A stretch of DNA of 61,551 nucleotides from a virus (lineage: Duplodnaviria > Caudoviricetes): the IMG/VR virus record IMGVR_UViG_3300030107_003029, positions 1 to 61,551 of that record. One strand, 5' to 3'. The notes under the pieces were generated by a model. The model saw nothing but the letters and a program-made list of their open reading frames with translations, did no database searches and had not been told where the DNA came from. The position numbers and the translations under genes are program-made. Shown here piece by piece: positions 1 to 8,561 of the stretch. The stretch's first letter is position 1. Each line of letters begins with the position of its first letter.

Positions 1-177
1 TTGATGGCTCAAGAACAAGTTGAATTAGAATTTAGAGATGAGTTCGTTAGGTTCCAGGAAATACAACAGAACCCTGCAGCTGTTCAACAGAACCCACAAC
101 TACAACAAGTCTTACAACAATTCAGTATTAAAGTTGAAGCAAGAAAAGCTAAACTAGAAGCTGAGATGATGGAAGAA
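1..177. repeat. Terminal direct repeat, copy 1 (assembly overlap indicating a circular/complete genome)
   Basis: 1-177 equals 61375-61551 except C100 vs T61474 (synonymous CTA/TTA). Confidence 0.97.
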
Positions 178-495
178 TTCCTAAAAGAGGAGAGAAAAAT
201 CATGGGTGAATTCGGTAATGATCCAATTGCTAAATTAAGAGCAAGAGAATTAGATCTTAGAGCAATGGATGATGAGAGAAAACGAGAAGAAGGTCAAGAG
301 AAGATTAACCTAGATCGTATGAAAACTATGATGAATCAGTCCATACAACAAGAGAAACTAGACCAAAACGAGGAACTAGCTCATCTAAGAGCCGATACTT
401 CTTTAGAAAAAACTCAAATGGGTATTGACGCGAAGATAGAAAATGATAGATTCAAACAAAGGGATGTAAGGATCTTGAAAGGTCCTCGAAGATAG
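1..495 (+). CDS. Portal protein, C-terminal part (continues in frame from 59359 across the join)
   Basis: In frame with the ORF from ATG 59359; Gln/Glu-rich coiled-coil tail typical of P22-like portal barrels. Confidence 0.85.
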   Translation: MMAQEQVELEFRDEFVRFQEIQQNPAAVQQNPQLQQVLQQFSIKVEARKAKLEAEMMEEFLKEERKIMGEFGNDPIAKLRARELDLRAMDDERKREEGQEKINLDRMKTMMNQSIQQEKLDQNEELAHLRADTSLEKTQMGIDAKIENDRFKQRDVRILKGPRR

Positions 496-512
496 TATAT
501 AAAAGGAGCATT

Positions 513-1271
513 ATGCCAAGTTACGATTCAACAGCTAGAGTACCATTCGCTTCAGGCGGAAAAGTAGGTTCTAAGAAACCTAAAGTTAAAAGAATTATTC
601 TATGGAAAGGCAAAGCTAAAGATTGGCCAGGTGCTAAGAAGGCTGCTGAACAAACTAGAAATAGAAAAGCTGAAGGTGGATGGATTACTAAAAAGAAAAA
701 AACTAATCCTTGGATTACTAAAAAAGCAAAAAAACCCACGCATGATGCTGATACAATGCAAACTCAATCTGAGTGGATTAAAAAAAAGAAAAAGAATTGG
801 ATTACTAAAAAGAAAAAGAATTGGATTACTAAAAAGAAAAAACAAGGTTACGACGCTAGAGAAGATGAATCTCTAGGTATGAGAAGAGGAAAAGAATCTG
901 GTAAGAAACAATCTTTTAAAGATAGAAGAGATGAATCTTACGGAGCATGGGGAAGACGTCCAAACCAAAGAATTAATAGAGCTAAAGGTGGAAGAGCTAA
1001 AGATTCTGTTAATCAACCAGGAACTCATAGCTGGTGGTTATTAAATAAAAACAAAAGAGATAAAAAAGCTAAAGGTGGCAAAGCTAAAAAGAATTGGATT
1101 CAAGGCGTAAACAAATCAATTAAGGAAAGAGGTACAAAAGGAGTTTGTACTGGTAAAAAATTTGGAAGTGCATCATGCCCACCAGGTTCTAAAAGATATA
1201 ACCTAGCAAAAACTTTCAAAAAAATGGCTAGAGCTAAACACGCAAGTGGTGGACTAGTTAGATTTATATAA
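513..1271 (+). CDS. Very basic Lys-rich protein with WITKKKK repeats and five xxGG motifs; putative internal head/DNA-condensing protein
   Basis: AGGAG RBS; FASGG, AEGG, AKGG x2, HASGG; location after portal. Confidence 0.65.
   Translation: MPSYDSTARVPFASGGKVGSKKPKVKRIILWKGKAKDWPGAKKAAEQTRNRKAEGGWITKKKKTNPWITKKAKKPTHDADTMQTQSEWIKKKKKNWITKKKKNWITKKKKQGYDAREDESLGMRRGKESGKKQSFKDRRDESYGAWGRRPNQRINRAKGGRAKDSVNQPGTHSWWLLNKNKRDKKAKGGKAKKNWIQGVNKSIKERGTKGVCTGKKFGSASCPPGSKRYNLAKTFKKMARAKHASGGLVRFI
681..842 (+). repeat. Coding repeat tggattactaaaaa; tandem 24-nt units at 774/798/822 and dispersed copies at 681, 711
   Basis: Seen directly; encodes W-I-T/K-K-K-K-K. Confidence 0.85.
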
Positions 1272-1280
1272 GGAGAAACT

Positions 1281-1490
1281 ATGTCAAAAGAATTAGGTGT
1301 AGGAAAAGACGGCTATCAAAAAGGTGGCATTAAAATAGAAGTTCCAAGTCAGAACATGAAAGTTGACCCAAGAGCTGCCACTGAAGTTGATGACCCTGCT
1401 AAAGATTATCTTCCAACAGGAGATAAAGTAAAAGTCAGAGGTACAAGACGTATGCTTTCTACTAAAAATAAAACAGCAACCTGGTACTAA
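1281..1490 (+). CDS. Small virion-associated hypothetical protein (YQKGG motif)
   Basis: AAGGAG RBS, operon position. Confidence 0.7.
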   Translation: MSKELGVGKDGYQKGGIKIEVPSQNMKVDPRAATEVDDPAKDYLPTGDKVKVRGTRRMLSTKNKTATWY

Positions 1491-1491
1491 C

Positions 1492-1881
1492 ATGTGGTTA
1501 TCGGCAATTAAATTAGCCGTTTCTGCTGGAAGTAAAATTTACGCTAACAAGCAGCGAACTAAGATGGCTATGTCAGATGCACAATTAATGCATGCTACTA
1601 AGATGGCCCAGGGTGAAGAACAATACCAGGGAAAACTTTTAGAAGCCAGACAGTCAGACTGGAAAGACGAGGCGGTCCTTATAATTTTAAGTTTGCCCGT
1701 TTTGGTGCTCGCTTGGGCAGTCGTATCGGACGATCCGACAGCCATGGACAAGGTAAAATTGTTCTTTGATATGTTCTCCCAATTACCTAGTTGGTTCACA
1801 AATTTATGGATTCTTGTAGTTGCGTCGATATATGGTATAAAGGGTACGCAAATTTTCAGAAATGGAGGGGCAAAAAAATGA
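1492..1881 (+). CDS. Putative holin (3TM/GTA-holin-like)
   Basis: SDWKDE followed by TM helices, LPxWF...ASIYGIKG pattern. Confidence 0.65.
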   Translation: MWLSAIKLAVSAGSKIYANKQRTKMAMSDAQLMHATKMAQGEEQYQGKLLEARQSDWKDEAVLIILSLPVLVLAWAVVSDDPTAMDKVKLFFDMFSQLPSWFTNLWILVVASIYGIKGTQIFRNGGAKK

Positions 1882-2006
1882 TTAAAAGAATAATAGCTTA
1901 TATTAAGGGATTAGTTTCCTCACATAAATGTATAGATATGAAGGATGTTCACAGCATATCCCAATGTATGGACTGTGGTAAAATTCATTATGAAGTTAAT
2001 AAATAA
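1878..2006 (+). CDS. Small hypothetical protein with CxxC (probable start ATG 1878)
   Basis: GGAGG upstream, ATGA overlap with holin stop. Confidence 0.5.
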   Translation: MIKRIIAYIKGLVSSHKCIDMKDVHSISQCMDCGKIHYEVNK

Positions 2007-2046
2007 ACTAGACAGAGGTTATTAAAACTTATATAAAAGGAGCATT

Positions 2047-2472
2047 ATGGCAAACAGATTATACAATAAACAAGTATCACCTAAAGGGTATAAAAAAGGT
2101 GGACGAGTAAACACTGGAAGAATGAATCTTCTAGAAGAAGTTGGAAGAATTGATGCTGAAAGACCTAATCGAAATAGAAGAGCAGAAAAAAGAAGAGTCA
2201 TAAGCGAATTAAAAAAAGGGTATGAGAAAGGTGGAAAAGTAAAAAAATATAAAAAATTTAAAGAACCAGGTGGTGGCGGATGGAATAAACCTGGCCCACA
2301 TAAAGTACATCAAAATAGAAGAGACACAGAAAAATTTTTTGGACACGGAAAATTAACTGATGCTATTGTTAAAATAGCAGATAAGCATGATAAACCAGTT
2401 CATAAAAAATGGAAAAAAAATCTCCAAAAGCAAATGGATAGCGTAAATAAAAAAAATAGGAAAAAGAGTTAA
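2047..2472 (+). CDS. Basic protein with YKKGG/YEKGG motifs
   Basis: AGGAG RBS; Lys/Arg-rich. Confidence 0.65.
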   Translation: MANRLYNKQVSPKGYKKGGRVNTGRMNLLEEVGRIDAERPNRNRRAEKRRVISELKKGYEKGGKVKKYKKFKEPGGGGWNKPGPHKVHQNRRDTEKFFGHGKLTDAIVKIADKHDKPVHKKWKKNLQKQMDSVNKKNRKKS

Positions 2473-2474
2473 TT

Positions 2475-3098
2475 ATGCCAGCACTAGGAAAATCATCTAA
2501 AAAAGCTCCAGGTAAAATAAGATCAACAATTGGTAAATTTAGAAAAAAATGGATGCCAACTTTCGATGAACAGTTTTCAAAAGCAAAAAAAGAAGGTAAG
2601 AAAACTTTTAGATCTACAAGAGATGATAAGAAAAAAGGTAAATTAGAATACCACACAAGAACTAAAGCTGAAGAAGATAAAGCACAAAAAAGACACACTA
2701 ACCGTGAAAGAGCAATGACAGGTGACAAGAGTAAACAGTTATCTGAAAGAGGTGCTAAATTTAAACTAGCTAAAAAAATGGGTAAAGATACTTTTACTCA
2801 TAAAGGTAAAAAATATACCACTCTACTTAAAGGTGAGAAAAAGAAAAAACCTTTAATTTCTGGAAAAGGTTTTTGGGGTAAAAAAATAAATATATCTAAA
2901 CCAGAATTATCTGGAAAAACTTCTAAAAAAATTAAGAGAGCTGTGGGAGCAAAAGGCGGTGGAAGAATCGCTGGTGCTGCACGTAAAGCCCAAGAGCATG
3001 GATGGTATTCACCAGACATGGGAATGAAAGGAAGACGTATGTACGCTAAAGGTGGATTAATTAAAGGAAAACCGAAGCTGGCCGTCAAAGGTTGGTAA
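2475..3098 (+). CDS. Basic protein ending YAKGGLIKGKPKLAVKGW
   Basis: Lys-rich; C-terminus shared with 59146..59358. Confidence 0.65.
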   Translation: MPALGKSSKKAPGKIRSTIGKFRKKWMPTFDEQFSKAKKEGKKTFRSTRDDKKKGKLEYHTRTKAEEDKAQKRHTNRERAMTGDKSKQLSERGAKFKLAKKMGKDTFTHKGKKYTTLLKGEKKKKPLISGKGFWGKKINISKPELSGKTSKKIKRAVGAKGGGRIAGAARKAQEHGWYSPDMGMKGRRMYAKGGLIKGKPKLAVKGW

Positions 3099-3099
3099 C

Positions 3100-3318
3100 T
3101 TGATCCGAGCGAAATTATTAGACGCTCTTTTAGCTAGATACAAAGCAACCGTAAAAGAAGCATCAACTACAATAGAAATCTATTTAAACCATCCTGTAGC
3201 AATTGGGGAACATCCTCAGCATTTACAAGAGATAGATAAACTGTTACAAGTAATAGCAGATGCAGAAGAAAAAATATCAACAATAGAAAGGCATTATGGA
3301 AGACCTAGTATTAATTAG
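3100..3318 (+). CDS. Hypothetical phage protein (IGEHPQ motif)
   Basis: Helical ORF in operon upstream of GroES. Confidence 0.6.
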   Translation: MIRAKLLDALLARYKATVKEASTTIEIYLNHPVAIGEHPQHLQEIDKLLQVIADAEEKISTIERHYGRPSIN

Positions 3319-3538
3319 TAAATTAAGGAAGCTTATCAACGATAGGCATCAAGATGTTATTACAACAATGGTATCTGGAGCTGTTGACAATATGGAAAAA
3401 TACAACTATATGTTAGGACAGATACGAACGTATCAATATTTAAGTCAGGAAATATCCAGCCTGCTAGAAAAAAAGGAGCATTATGAAAACACAGGAACAG
3501 TCGTCGACATCAACCCAAAAGATAATAACACCAAATAA
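3296..3538 (+). CDS. Hypothetical phage protein
   Basis: Overlapping operon arrangement before GroES. Confidence 0.65.
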   Translation: MEDLVLISKLRKLINDRHQDVITTMVSGAVDNMEKYNYMLGQIRTYQYLSQEISSLLEKKEHYENTGTVVDINPKDNNTK

Positions 3539-3914
3539 AGATTTAGTTGGTGTAAAAAAATCAAAAGACAAACAAGAATCAGCCAAATTACCAACTCCTA
3601 CAGGTTGGAGATTATTAGTTCTACCTTTTAAACAAAAAGAAAAAACAAAAGGTGGAATTATTATAACGGACGATGCCATTGATAGATCACAAGTCGCATC
3701 AACTTGTGGTGTAGTTTTAAAAATGGGTCCGGATTGCTACAGGGACAAAGAAAGATACCCAGACGGTCCTTGGTGCAAGGAGAAAGATTGGGTGATCTTT
3801 GCAAGATATGCAGGATCCAGAATTAAAATTGATGGGGGTGAAGTTAGACTTCTAAACGATGATGAAGTTCTAGCGACCGTGGAAAACCCTGAAAGTATAT
3901 TCCACGAATTTTAA
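3483..3914 (+). CDS. groES: Co-chaperonin GroES/Cpn10 homologue
   Basis: PTGWRLLVLP...KTKGGII...GVVLKMGPD...FARYAG...LLNDDEVLA. Confidence 0.92.
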   Translation: MKTQEQSSTSTQKIITPNKDLVGVKKSKDKQESAKLPTPTGWRLLVLPFKQKEKTKGGIIITDDAIDRSQVASTCGVVLKMGPDCYRDKERYPDGPWCKEKDWVIFARYAGSRIKIDGGEVRLLNDDEVLATVENPESIFHEF

Positions 3915-3929
3915 ACATAGAGGAGAACT

Positions 3930-4961
3930 ATGCCAGACGAAAAAGAAAAACAAGAAGGAAAGATGGTAGACATCGACACTAGTGGACCTGGTGCCGAGGT
4001 TGAATTACCAGAAGAAAAGGTAACAGCAGTTGAACAGGAGGAAACGAATGCAGAAACTGATAATAAGGACAGTAATAAGTCCGATGATTCATCTACGAAA
4101 TCTGATGAGCAGTCTAATGTTGAAGATAGCAAACAAGAGACTGAAGTACAAGCTCAAGAATCAGAAGTAGTAGAAGAAAAGAAAGAAGACCAAAAAAAAG
4201 AAATGGATGACTATAGCGAAGGCGTTAAAAAACGTATCGCTAAGTTGACTAAAAAAATGCGTGAAGCAGAAAGACAGCGAGATGAAGCTGTTCAGTATAC
4301 TCAACGTATTATGAAAGAAAAAGATGATTTAAGTTCTAAAGTTTCCAAGTTAGATACAGGTTATGCATCTGAAATGGAAAATAGAATTAAATCTTCTCTC
4401 GCAGCAGCACAAGCAAAATTAAAAACTGCTAGAGAAAATAATGACATTAAATCAGAAGTAGAAGCAACTACGGCTATGTCCCAATTAGGTTATGAACAAG
4501 CTAAACTTGCAGAGTTAAAAACTAGGCAGGAAATGGAAGCAAAAAGAGCTGAAGCACAACCTAAACAGGAACAAACTATACCACCCGTAAGTCCTGATGC
4601 TCCCGATCCACGAGCTTCGGAATGGGCATCTAAAAACAGATGGTTTGGTACAGATTCAGCTATGACGTACACTGCCTTTGATTTACATAGAAAACTTACT
4701 GAAGAAGAGGGATTTGATCCACAGTCAGATGAATATTATTCTGAAGTGGATAGAAGAATAAGACTTGAATTCCCCCACAAATTTGGTAAGAAGGTACAAA
4801 CGACGACTAGTAAACCTACACAGAACGTGGCTTCGGCTACGCGTAGTACAAAGACCGGTCGCAAGAGTGTGAAACTCACGCCTTCACAAGTGCAAATTGC
4901 TAAAAAATTAGGTGTGCCACTAGAAGACTATGCGAAACAACTTATGAACACGGAGGTATAA
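3930..4961 (+). CDS. Capsid scaffolding protein
   Basis: Acidic N-terminus, coiled coil (YSEGVKKRI), C-terminal LTPSQVQIAKKLGVPLEDYAK; upstream of capsid. Confidence 0.8.
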   Translation: MPDEKEKQEGKMVDIDTSGPGAEVELPEEKVTAVEQEETNAETDNKDSNKSDDSSTKSDEQSNVEDSKQETEVQAQESEVVEEKKEDQKKEMDDYSEGVKKRIAKLTKKMREAERQRDEAVQYTQRIMKEKDDLSSKVSKLDTGYASEMENRIKSSLAAAQAKLKTARENNDIKSEVEATTAMSQLGYEQAKLAELKTRQEMEAKRAEAQPKQEQTIPPVSPDAPDPRASEWASKNRWFGTDSAMTYTAFDLHRKLTEEEGFDPQSDEYYSEVDRRIRLEFPHKFGKKVQTTTSKPTQNVASATRSTKTGRKSVKLTPSQVQIAKKLGVPLEDYAKQLMNTEV

Positions 4962-4965
4962 GCAT

Positions 4966-5427
4966 ATGAAAAATGATACAAATAAAGCTTCCCGTGCGAG
5001 CCAGAGTAGAGTGAAAACTGAACGTAAGAAACACTGGACTCCACCATCGTACTTAGATACGCCCAACGCACCAAACGGTTTTAGACATAGGTGGGTTAGG
5101 ATTGAGATTATGGGATACACGGACACGAAAAATGTCCAGGGCAGACTTAGAGCCGGTTATGAACTAGTAAGAGCTGACGAATTCCCTGAACTTGACTACC
5201 CAGTTATTACCGATGGTAAATACAAAGGGGTGATCGGGCACGGCGGCCTTGTCTTGACAAGAGTACCGAACGAGATCGCAATAGACCGTTCTAAATATTA
5301 TAGCGAACAAGCTAAAGAACGGAATGAAGCGTTAGAACACGATCTACTGAAGGATCAAGATAAGAGAATGCCAATCAATCAAGATAGGCAGTCTCGTACA
5401 ACCTTCGGTGGTAACAGGAATAGTTAA
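4966..5427 (+). CDS. Conserved head-module hypothetical protein
   Basis: WTPPSYLD...HRWVR; between scaffold and capsid genes. Confidence 0.75.
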   Translation: MKNDTNKASRASQSRVKTERKKHWTPPSYLDTPNAPNGFRHRWVRIEIMGYTDTKNVQGRLRAGYELVRADEFPELDYPVITDGKYKGVIGHGGLVLTRVPNEIAIDRSKYYSEQAKERNEALEHDLLKDQDKRMPINQDRQSRTTFGGNRNS

Positions 5428-5501
5428 TTTTTTAACAATTCTCAAACCAACGAATAAACTAACCAAGTAAATAATTTATTATTTACTAAACGGAGACAAA
5501 T

Positions 5502-6071
5502 ATGGCTAATGCGTCAACAACAGGGTTTGGTTTGAGACCCATAAAAAAAGTTGGTCAGAATGATAACAATGCTGCTCTCAGTGAGTGGAGCATTGCCTCT
5601 GGATCTGCGTTAATTTCACATCACGATTTATGTAAAATTACGACGAACGGAGTGGTACTAGTTTCAGCGGACACAGATGTTAATAACATCGGTTCTCTAA
5701 ACGGTGCTTTTTATACTGATCCGACATCGAACAAGCCGACGTGGTCAAATTATTGGCCAGCCAGCGTTGCAGCATCTGATGCTGTTGCGTTTATAACTGA
5801 CGATCCATACCAAATGTATGAAATTATGTCTGCTGACACAGCGTTCAATCAGAACGAAGTCGGCACATGTGCAGATGGTGCGGCGGCAGTTGGTGTTACA
5901 CCGTTGTTTATATCTAAAACTAAGATATCAGCGACGACTGGAACAGGTACGGCTCAATTTAAAATACTGGGAGTTTCTAGAGACCCTGATCATTCTGATA
6001 CTACTGCTGAGGGCTTTGCTCTTAGAGTTATCATTAATGAGCATCTTTTGAAACAAACAGCAGGGATATAA
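5502..6071 (+). CDS. Head decoration/cement protein (putative)
   Basis: MANxxxxFGLRP start, beta-rich, directly before MCP. Confidence 0.65.
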   Translation: MANASTTGFGLRPIKKVGQNDNNAALSEWSIASGSALISHHDLCKITTNGVVLVSADTDVNNIGSLNGAFYTDPTSNKPTWSNYWPASVAASDAVAFITDDPYQMYEIMSADTAFNQNEVGTCADGAAAVGVTPLFISKTKISATTGTGTAQFKILGVSRDPDHSDTTAEGFALRVIINEHLLKQTAGI

Positions 6072-6089
6072 TAGGAGGTATTTAATACT

Positions 6090-7001
6090 ATGGCTATATC
6101 ACGTAATCAACTAGTTAAAGAACTAGAGCCAGGTCTAAATGCACTATTTGGCCTGGAATATAAACGTTACGAAAATCAATCAAGTGAGATTTACGTAACA
6201 GAGTCATCCGACAGAGCTTTTGAAGAAGAAGTTATGTTAGGAGGTTTCGCGCAAGCAAAAGTTAAGCCAGAAGGTTCGGCTGTTTCTTTTGATTCTGCTC
6301 AAGAAACTTTCACAGCAAGATACACAATGGAGACTATTGCTCTCGCATTTGCTATCACTGAGGAAGCTATTGAAGACAACCTTTACGACAGACTTGCTTC
6401 TCGTTATACGAAAGCTTTAGCAAGATCGATGGCTAACACTAAACAAGTTAAAGCTGTTAATCCATTAATTCAAGGATTGCCAACAACTGATGGTTATGAT
6501 TCAGGTGATGGTGTTTCTTTGTTTAATACATCGCACCCTACAATCGCGGGTACGTTCCAAAACACTCTAACTACTCAATCAGACTTAAACGAAACTTCAT
6601 TAGAACAAGCGTTAATTGATATCGCTGCAATGACTGATGAAAGAGGTTTAAAAGTTGCGGCTAAAGGAGTAAAAATGATTATTCCTTCTCAGCTTCAATT
6701 TACTGCTGAGAGATTGATGAAATCTCAGGGTAGAGTTGGAACAGCTGACAATGATATCAACGCAATCGTTTCTATGGGAATGATTCCGCAAGGATACAGA
6801 GTTAATAACTATTTAACTGACTCTGATGCTTGGTACATTATCACTGATGTTCCTAATGGAATGAAGCATTTCGACAGAGCTCCATTGACTACTAAAATGG
6901 AAGGCGATTTCGATACTGGCAACGTAAGATACAAAGCTAGAGAAAGATACGTATTTGGCGTATCAGACCCTAGAGGAATCTTCGGCGTTGAAGGTGCTTA
7001 A
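6090..7001 (+). CDS. Major capsid protein (HK97 fold)
   Basis: MAISRNQLVKELEPGLNALFG...ITEEAIEDNLY...RYKARERY..GVSDPRG; strong AGGAGG RBS; terminator after. Confidence 0.92.
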   Translation: MAISRNQLVKELEPGLNALFGLEYKRYENQSSEIYVTESSDRAFEEEVMLGGFAQAKVKPEGSAVSFDSAQETFTARYTMETIALAFAITEEAIEDNLYDRLASRYTKALARSMANTKQVKAVNPLIQGLPTTDGYDSGDGVSLFNTSHPTIAGTFQNTLTTQSDLNETSLEQALIDIAAMTDERGLKVAAKGVKMIIPSQLQFTAERLMKSQGRVGTADNDINAIVSMGMIPQGYRVNNYLTDSDAWYIITDVPNGMKHFDRAPLTTKMEGDFDTGNVRYKARERYVFGVSDPRGIFGVEGA

Positions 7002-7013
7002 TAACTAAAAATT

Positions 7014-7039
7014 TTGTGGCGGACATTGTTCCGCCACAA
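7014..7039 (+). terminator. Stem-loop terminator after MCP
   Basis: ttgtggcgga/tccgccacaa 10-bp stem. Confidence 0.7.
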
Positions 7040-7059
7040 TCTCAAATTAGAAAGAAAAA

Positions 7060-7311
7060 ATGAGAAAATTCCTAGTAAAAATCAACGCTTATCAATATCA
7101 CGCTGAATTTGAAGTTCTAGCTAACGATAATGTTGAATCTATTGAAAATGCAATCATTGACAAACTAGGAAAAAAAGATATAAAATGGGAACATCTTGGA
7201 GAAATGATGGATCCAAGAGTTAAACGCATAACCTATGAGGAGGTTATCGATGGTCAAAGACCTGTACAAACAAAAACGGTCCTTGGAGTTGAGGTGGCAA
7301 CTGGAGTATGA
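7060..7311 (+). CDS. Hypothetical protein
   Basis: AGAAAG RBS, ORF. Confidence 0.65.
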   Translation: MRKFLVKINAYQYHAEFEVLANDNVESIENAIIDKLGKKDIKWEHLGEMMDPRVKRITYEEVIDGQRPVQTKTVLGVEVATGV

Positions 7312-7459
7312 GCAAGAAGGTAAATATACTCTGGATATGGTCAAAATTGATAATGCTATCAGAGATGTTATCACTGAGATCAAACTCGAAGAATCTAAGA
7401 TTGCAGACAGACAAAATGCAATCGAAAGCGCTGCTGCCCAAGTTTCTGTGGCTACTTAA
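7250..7459 (+). CDS. Hypothetical coiled-coil protein (start ATG 7250)
   Basis: GAGGAGG immediately upstream. Confidence 0.65.
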   Translation: MVKDLYKQKRSLELRWQLEYEQEGKYTLDMVKIDNAIRDVITEIKLEESKIADRQNAIESAAAQVSVAT

Positions 7460-7503
7460 ATAAACGCCACATCGCTGAAATCGTACATTTCTGTTAGGAT
7501 CCC

Positions 7504-7532
7504 TTGCACTCTACTAAAATCTACTATATAAA
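7504..7532 (+). promoter_or_regulatory. Sigma70-like promoter TTGCAC-17-TATAAA
   Basis: Sequence match, intergenic. Confidence 0.55.
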
Positions 7533-7554
7533 TAAATCACTATACAATTAATTA

Positions 7555-7608
7555 GAATACTGACGAGTATAGTCGACGGCCTAGAGACAGTATTCGAAAA
7601 CTAGGAGG
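7555..7608 (+). promoter_or_regulatory. Structured 5' leader with possible SD-sequestering pseudoknot
   Basis: gaatactg/cagtattc stem; loop CCTAG complementary to CTAGG overlapping AGGAGG. Confidence 0.45.
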
Positions 7609-7616
7609 ATATAATT

Positions 7617-8081
7617 ATGGCAACAACTACATTTTCGGGACCGATAAAAGCGGGAACGATTAGAAACACAACTGGGACTACAGTCGGAACAGACATGGCG
7701 AATGTCGGTTACGTAGTAATGGCTCAGTCTGCAGCGATTACACAATCTACAACTGCGGCGGCTTCAGGAATTATTATTCCTGCGCACAGTCAAATTGTGG
7801 AAGCTACAGTTTACGTAACAACTGCGTATGACAACTCAGCAACTTTAAGCATTGGAACTACTTCATCTTCAAATGAATTGGCGACAGCTGTTGCTGTATC
7901 TACTATCAACACGATTAAATTAGCGTCTCAAGCTACGATACCAGATGCTGATGCATGGGTAGATGTCGGAGCAACAGATGTTAAAATCTTTACGGACTCT
8001 TCTGCGACTACTTCAGATGCAGGACGTGCGACGTTGACGGTAACTTACGTTCAACAAATATCGCCAGGTTTAACAGCGTAA
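7617..8081 (+). CDS. Virion structural protein (capsid fibre/decoration-like)
   Basis: MATTTFSGPIK start, beta-sandwich composition. Confidence 0.7.
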   Translation: MATTTFSGPIKAGTIRNTTGTTVGTDMANVGYVVMAQSAAITQSTTAAASGIIIPAHSQIVEATVYVTTAYDNSATLSIGTTSSSNELATAVAVSTINTIKLASQATIPDADAWVDVGATDVKIFTDSSATTSDAGRATLTVTYVQQISPGLTA

Positions 8082-8096
8082 TAAATAATTAACTCT

Positions 8097-8123
8097 GAGT
8101 GGGGTGTAATGACCCCACTCTTT
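8097..8123 (+). terminator. Intrinsic terminator-like hairpin
   Basis: gagtggggt/accccactc then ttt. Confidence 0.65.
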
Positions 8124-8136
8124 AATAGGAGGAAAC

Positions 8137-8553
8137 ATGGCATACGATCCAACAATAAACACGCAGTTCGACGGAGCTAAAAAACTAATCTATGTTTTTA
8201 ACATAGATGCTACTAAAGATGGAAGTACTGGAACAACTACTATAGATGTTTCTACTTTAGCTAAATCTAACCTTAACCAAGCGTGTAATAGAATAGCATT
8301 AAATAAAATTTGGTTTAATGTAAATATTACTGCCGTTGCAGATGGGGCTAGACTTACATGGGAAAACTCTGGTGGAGATGAAACTTTCCTTACTTTAAAT
8401 GGATATGATAGTTGGGACTTTAGTAATATCGGAGGTTTAGTAAATCCAAATACTAGTAATAATGCAAACGGAGATGTTAATATAGAAATTCCTACGCATT
8501 CTGCTGGTGATACTTTTTCGATTGTTACTGAATGGATTAAATATTACGCATAG
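8137..8553 (+). CDS. Virion structural protein, hypothetical
   Basis: AGGAGG RBS, structural operon. Confidence 0.7.
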   Translation: MAYDPTINTQFDGAKKLIYVFNIDATKDGSTGTTTIDVSTLAKSNLNQACNRIALNKIWFNVNITAVADGARLTWENSGGDETFLTLNGYDSWDFSNIGGLVNPNTSNNANGDVNIEIPTHSAGDTFSIVTEWIKYYA

Positions 8554-8561
8554 GAGGTTAA

